This document shows positions 44,941 through 49,580 of a stretch of DNA of 49,580 nt, piece after piece; positions within the stretch are counted from its first letter, which is position 1, and each line of letters opens with the position of its first letter. This DNA comes from Pseudolabrys sp. (GTDB lineage: Bacteria > Pseudomonadota > Alphaproteobacteria > Rhizobiales > Xanthobacteraceae): positions 1 through 49,580 of the forward strand of contig DATGDN010000037.1 of the NCBI GenBank assembly GCA_035310865.1, in the 5' to 3' direction. Under the pieces are notes generated by a model. That model had not been told where the DNA came from and did no database searches. It saw nothing but the letters and a program-made list of their open reading frames with translations. Made by a program: the position numbers and the translations under genes.

Positions 44941-45663
44941 GTGGGAGAGGCGGTTAAAAAGTCGGGATTTGGCTATGGTCTGCGGTTACGGCGCGGTTTG
45001 CGCGCCGTTGTCATTGCGGCATTGGCACTGCTGCTCCTGCCGTACCTCCTGACGCCTCTCTACGCCGTGGTCGACCCGGTCTCCACCCTGATGCTCTGGC
45101 GACGCCTTGGCGGAGCGAGGGTCGAGCGCTATTACGTGCCCATCACGCGCATTTCGCCGGCGGTGTCGCTCGCGGTGATCATTGCCGAGGATGGCCGGTT
45201 CTGCAGCCATCACGGCGTGGATCTGACGGAAATTCGCGAGGCCATAAACGAAGCCGAAGATTTCGATGAAATGCGCGGTGGCTCGACCATTGCGCAGCAG
45301 CTGGCGAAGAACCTATTCCTCTGGCAGGGCCGCAGCGTCGTGCGCAAGACGCTGGAATTTCCGCTGGCGCTCTGGATCGACCTCGTATTGTCGAAACGGC
45401 GCATCATGGAAATTTATCTCAACGTCGCGCAGTGGGGTCCGAATGGTGAATTCGGCGTCGAGGCCGGCGCGCGACGTGCATTCGGCAAGTCGGCACACGA
45501 CGTTTCGCGCTACCAAGCGGCACTGCTCGCGGCAATGCTGCCTAATCCGGCTGCAAGGAACGCACGGCAGCCCGGTCCGGGGCTGCGCCGGCTCGCTGGA
45601 CTTTACGTTGCCCGCGCCGAGCGAGCGCCGGGGGCAGCATCCTGCCTGCGGCAAAGACACTAG
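44941..45663 (+). CDS. mtgA: Monofunctional biosynthetic peptidoglycan transglycosylase
   Basis: AEDGRFCSHHGVD, RGGSTIAQQLAKNLFLW, RK..E, YLN, AMLPNP. Confidence 0.92.
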   Translation: MGEAVKKSGFGYGLRLRRGLRAVVIAALALLLLPYLLTPLYAVVDPVSTLMLWRRLGGARVERYYVPITRISPAVSLAVIIAEDGRFCSHHGVDLTEIREAINEAEDFDEMRGGSTIAQQLAKNLFLWQGRSVVRKTLEFPLALWIDLVLSKRRIMEIYLNVAQWGPNGEFGVEAGARRAFGKSAHDVSRYQAALLAAMLPNPAARNARQPGPGLRRLAGLYVARAERAPGAASCLRQRH

Positions 45664-45736
45664 CCTTGACGCGCTTCATCCTCTATAAGCCCGGCTTCAA
45701 AACCGACATATCGCGCTTTTTCAGGAGTTTCGTCCC

Positions 45737-45922
45737 ATGGCTGTGCCGAAAAGAAAAATCTCGCCGTCGCGCCGCGGTATGCGCCGTTCGGCCGATGCGC
45801 TCAAGCGACCGGCCTATGTGGAAGACAAGGACTCCGGCGAATTGCGTCGCCCGCACCACATCGACCTGAAGACCGGCATGTATAAGGGCCGCCAGGTCTT
45901 GAAAGCCAAGACCGAGGCGTAA
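45737..45922 (+). CDS. rpmF: 50S ribosomal protein L32
   Basis: [16 protein letters not shown]...RPHH...GMYKGRQV; AGGAG RBS. Confidence 0.97.
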   Translation: MAVPKRKISPSRRGMRRSADALKRPAYVEDKDSGELRRPHHIDLKTGMYKGRQVLKAKTEA

Positions 45923-45955
45923 CGCAACGGCCCAGGGCCGGAGGTCAGCTGCGCC

Positions 45956-46372
45956 ATGTTCATGCTCGGCTTTCCCCTGCTTCTGGTCCCATTCGCCATC
46001 TACAACATCATCGCCTTCCTGATGCCGGGTGTGTCATGGACGGCACCTGTAAGCAGCGTCCACATGGTTTCCGGCGCGGACTGGACCATGTCGGCCGGCG
46101 ACATGCTCATCCTGCTGGCGATCCTGCTGCTGTTCGGCGAATTGATGAAATCGACGCGCATCGGTATCCGCACGGTTGTCAATCACGCACTGTCGCTGGT
46201 CCTGTTTCTCGGAATGATCGTTGAGTTCATCCTCGTCAAACAGGCCGCTACTGCGACCTTCTTCCTGCTGCTGGTCGTGAGTTTTATCGACGTGCTCGGC
46301 GGCTTCGCGGTGACTTTGCGCTCCGCCCAGCGAGACCTTACGGTCGAGGGCGTGGAGCGAGTTTCGTCCTGA
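45956..46372 (+). CDS. Small hypothetical membrane protein (about 4 TM)
   Basis: Hydrophobic ORF with GGAGG RBS and high GC3. Confidence 0.75.
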   Translation: MFMLGFPLLLVPFAIYNIIAFLMPGVSWTAPVSSVHMVSGADWTMSAGDMLILLAILLLFGELMKSTRIGIRTVVNHALSLVLFLGMIVEFILVKQAATATFFLLLVVSFIDVLGGFAVTLRSAQRDLTVEGVERVSS

Positions 46373-46396
46373 TCGTTCCAACCTTCTGGTTTTCTC

Positions 46397-47977
46397 ATGA
46401 GCCGCGATTTCCAGCTCCCCGGCCGTTCGCCCGTGATCGCCTGCGAAGGCATGGCGGCAACGTCGCATCCCCTCGCAACCCTTGCAGCGGTCGATACGCT
46501 GCGCGCCGGCGGCACCGCTGCGGACGCCGCTGTTGCTGCTGTGGCGACCTTATGCGTGGTCGAGCCGCACATGACCGGCATCGGCGGCGACTGTTTTTGT
46601 CTGGTTTCACAACCGGGCAAGCCGGTGTGGGGCTACAACGGATCGGGCCGTGCCGGCGCGAACGCTTCGGAACAAGCGCTGCGTGCGAAAGGGATGTCGG
46701 AAATCGGCAACTCGATCCACGCGGTCACTGTGCCGGGCGCCATCGATGCCTGGGAAGCAATTCTGAAAACGCATGGCCGCTTCGGCCTCGATCGTGCGCT
46801 CGCACAGGCGATCAAATATGCAGAAGGCGGGTTTCCCGTCGCGCCGCGCGTGGCCTTCGACTGGAAAAAGCACGTCGCCAAACTCAAGGCTGATCCTGGT
46901 GCCTCGAAGCATTATCTGTTCAATGGCGCAGCGCCCAATGAAGGCGATGTCATCCGTTTTCCTGCGCTGGCGGCGACACTCAAAGCCATCGCCACCAAGG
47001 GCGCGCGCGCTTTCTACCAAGGCGAAATCGCCGAGGACATGGCGAAAACTCTGGCCGCACGCGGCTCTTTTCTCACTGCAGAGGATTTCGCGCGGCATCG
47101 CGGTGATGCGGTTGAGCCGGTTTCAACCAACTATCGCGGGCTCGATGTGGTGGAAATTCCGCCGAACGGGCAGGGGCTCACCGCGCTGGTGATGCTCAAT
47201 ATCTTGGAGAACTTCGATATAGCCGCGCTCGATCCGCTCGGCGCCGAACGATTCCATCTGGTACTGGAAGCCGCGCGTTTGGGCTTTGCCGTGCGCGATA
47301 CACACATTGCGGACGATGCGCATATGCGCATGCCGGTTGCGGATTTACTCGACAAGAACTTCGGCAAGAAGCTTGCTTCGCTCATCGATATAAAAAAGCG
47401 CTCGAAGTTGCCGAGCGCGCCGGCGCCGGGCAACGATACAGTCTACCTCACGATCGTCGATCGCGACCGCATGGCGGTCTCCTTCATCAACTCGCTCTAT
47501 TCGGGTTTCGGCGTCGGCATCTGCGCCGAGAAGAGCGGTATCATGCTCACCAATCGCGGCGCCTGTTTTACGCTTGAGCCGGACCATCCCAACACATTCG
47601 GTCCAAACAAGCGGCCGATGCACACGATCATTCCAGCGCTCGCCATGCGCAACGGCCGTTGCGACATGAGCTTCGGGGTCATGGGTGCGCATTATCAGCC
47701 CATGGGCCATGTCCAGATTATCCTCAACATGCTCGACTACGGCATGGACGTGCAGCAGGCGATCGATGCGCCGCGCTTCTTTTTTGAGGGTGAGAAGACC
47801 GATGTCGAACGGGGCACGCCGCCGGCAACAATCGAGGGGTTAAAAGTGCGGGGCCACGACGTGGTCATGGCAACGTCGCCCTGGGGCGGAGCACAGACCA
47901 TCAAGATCGACTGGGACCGCGGTGTGCTGATTGCCGGTTCGGAGCCGCGCAAGGACGGCTGCGCTCTCGGGTACTAA
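46397..47977 (+). CDS. ggt: Gamma-glutamyltransferase family Ntn-hydrolase (no signal peptide)
   Basis: GIGGD, VTVPG, PPNGQG, autocleavage Thr in NDTVYL, KRPMHTI, GVMG, EPRKDG. Confidence 0.9.
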   Translation: MSRDFQLPGRSPVIACEGMAATSHPLATLAAVDTLRAGGTAADAAVAAVATLCVVEPHMTGIGGDCFCLVSQPGKPVWGYNGSGRAGANASEQALRAKGMSEIGNSIHAVTVPGAIDAWEAILKTHGRFGLDRALAQAIKYAEGGFPVAPRVAFDWKKHVAKLKADPGASKHYLFNGAAPNEGDVIRFPALAATLKAIATKGARAFYQGEIAEDMAKTLAARGSFLTAEDFARHRGDAVEPVSTNYRGLDVVEIPPNGQGLTALVMLNILENFDIAALDPLGAERFHLVLEAARLGFAVRDTHIADDAHMRMPVADLLDKNFGKKLASLIDIKKRSKLPSAPAPGNDTVYLTIVDRDRMAVSFINSLYSGFGVGICAEKSGIMLTNRGACFTLEPDHPNTFGPNKRPMHTIIPALAMRNGRCDMSFGVMGAHYQPMGHVQIILNMLDYGMDVQQAIDAPRFFFEGEKTDVERGTPPATIEGLKVRGHDVVMATSPWGGAQTIKIDWDRGVLIAGSEPRKDGCALGY

Positions 47978-48261
47978 GCGTTGAGGGCGGCGGTAGCCCG
48001 ATACGCAGCCAGTGCGTCGTTCGGCTCGGCGCGCCGGCATTCACGCGTCTGCGGATGCTGGTCTTTGGTGGCGACCAGGTGGGCGAGAAATGGGGCGTAG
48101 CGGTAGCCCGCTGGCCGCTGCGACGAGTCGGACAAAGGGTCAATGGCGACAAGCGCGCGGTTTTCCGGACTCGCAGCTTCGCACTGCGGCTCCGGGTAAT
48201 GCGCAGCCGGATTTGAGTGCCGCAAACGCGATGTGTCGGTTTCGCCGATCCGCATCTTCAT
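47974..48261 (-). CDS. Small hypothetical protein
   Basis: 95-aa ORF convergent on ggt with overlapping stops; FLAHLVA...PQTRECRRAEP..A.AAY segment looks protein-like. Confidence 0.5.
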   Translation of the reverse strand: MKMRIGETDTSRLRHSNPAAHYPEPQCEAASPENRALVAIDPLSDSSQRPAGYRYAPFLAHLVATKDQHPQTRECRRAEPNDALAAYRATAALNA

Positions 48262-48456
48262 GCCGTCTCAATTCAGGACAGTTGACTCAATTCCAATGTC
48301 AAAAGGGCAAGGCCGTGCCGCGCGGCATTAACCGCGCCGGATCCAGCCGAAATCCCACCTTTTCTAATTGTTTAACGAATTGCCTTAGATTTGCAGGCGC
48401 ATCCGTCGCAAAAACCAAGGTCGGAAGACGTCTTAGCGTTCCAAAAAGGGGCGAGT

Positions 48457-49580
48457 GTGAGCCCATTCAATCAATCACAAGTTCTCGACGCCGCGGAGAT
48501 TTTGCGGTCTGTCGGCGACGTCGTTTATGAGTGGCTTGGATACCGACGGCTTGACCTGGAGCGACAATGCTTCCGCGTTGCTCGGCGTCGATGTTGACGA
48601 GATCGGCACCGGCCGTGCCTTCGCGCAGCACGTTGACGCCGCGCGCGGGCCGACGCGCATTGATGTCATTCAACAAACAACACGGCGGGAAACCGGCAAC
48701 GGTGTCCCGTACCAAATTCAGTATGCATTCGAGCGCGGCGATGAAAAGATCTGGCTGGAAGATATCGGGCGCTGGTTTGCCGCCTCGACGGCAAGCCGCT
48801 GCGTGCGCACGGTGTTGTCCGCTTTATCAATGAACGTCGCGAGCGCGAGCGCCGGCTCGAACAGCGGGCGAAGTTCGATCCGCTGACCGGCGAACTCAAT
48901 CGCGTCGGTCTCACCGAGGCGCTCGGTGCGGCCCTCAATGAAGCCGTGCGTTTCCGCGGGTCTTGCGGGTTTCTGCTGGTCGCAATAACCTCAACCATCT
49001 AAACGAGGCGTACGGCTTCGATATCACCGATGCATTGATCGCGCAGGTCGCCAAGCGTATCCGCGCCCGGCTGCGCGGCAAGGATCATCTCGGGCGTTAC
49101 AATTACCATCGGGGGTGTGGCTGCTCCACGCCATGCCCGCACCGTGACGGCAGTTCTCGCGCGCGCCCAGGATGCTTTGCACGCGACGCGCGCCAAACGC
49201 CACGGCTCGTTTACCGCCTACGTTCCGAACGTCGAACGGGATGCGATGAGGCGCCGATGTGCGCGTGCCGGCGATGAAATTGTGGCAGCGCTCAACGAGC
49301 GGCGGATTTCGCTTGCTTACGAGCCCGTGGTCGAAACGCGGACCCGAAACGTTGCGTTCTATGAGTGTCTGATGCGCGTATACCGAGCCGATGGCAGCGT
49401 CGCCCCGGCGAATGAGATCATTCCGGTAGCCGAACGGGTCGGGCTGGTGCGCATGCTTGATTTTCGTGCGCTCGAGCTGGTCGTCGAGGACCTTACGGCG
49501 GCGCCGGCGCTGCGCGCGAGCGTCAACGTATCGCCGAATTCCGCTATCGATCCGCACTGGTGGCAAGGCCTGGGTGCCTT
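48457..49580 (+). pseudogene. Sensor-GGDEF-EAL (diguanylate cyclase/phosphodiesterase) gene, frameshifted and internally deleted; runs off the window
   Basis: Pieces in different frames: VVYEW / LDTDGLTWSDNA...IGRWFA / DGKPLRAHGVVR...FDPLTGELNR...GFLLVA / NLNHLNEAYGFD...DHLGR / TITIGGV...LAYEPVV...YECLMR (EAL). Confidence 0.85.

Noticed and set aside
45665-45689. CTTGAC...CTATAA as an rpmF promoter
   Set aside because: Only 12 bp between the elements, too short for a standard sigma70 promoter
45737-45922. L32 lacking zinc-ribbon cysteines near a Zur-like gene
   Set aside because: The Cys-free L32 and the ispA-mtgA-rpmF arrangement are ordinary in Rhizobiales; no link to the regulator is visible
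48328-48388. CtrA box upstream of the GGDEF-EAL pseudogene
   Set aside because: Only TTAAC half-sites; no TTAA-N7-TTAA spacing

Overview
GC-rich alphaproteobacterial chromosomal window, probably Hyphomicrobiales (inferred from gene content and repeat types). I found no rRNA, tRNA, CRISPR array or intact mobile element. From left to right: (1) a type II flavin monooxygenase and mutS; (2) a MarR-associated aromatic-acid catabolic region (amidohydrolase, TPP enzyme, iorAB, TRAP transporter, thioesterase, SDR, feruloyl-CoA synthetase, crotonase, DUF3237) in which three promoter regions share a palindromic operator-like motif; (3) pcaIJFHG; (4) an unusual one-carbon/thiol-alkylation block: an HTH + SAM-methyltransferase-like fusion, a divergent MetF resembling the methyl-THF-oxidising type, and four 'core' (catalytic-domain-only) MetE-like paralogs interleaved with an orphan ABC binding protein and coupled to SDR, acyl-CoA dehydrogenase, CoA-transferase, hydroxyacid dehydrogenase and lactonase genes; (5) bdhA-patatin-macrodomain with a PhaR-like box, a Fur-family regulator, DMT, a truncated TPR gene, a Na+/H+ antiporter, ispA, mtgA, rpmF and ggt; (6) a decaying sensor-GGDEF-EAL pseudogene whose EAL part is still open. 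The best candidate for an undescribed system is block (4), 23.8-37.1 kb. All family assignments come from motif recognition and recall, not database searches.
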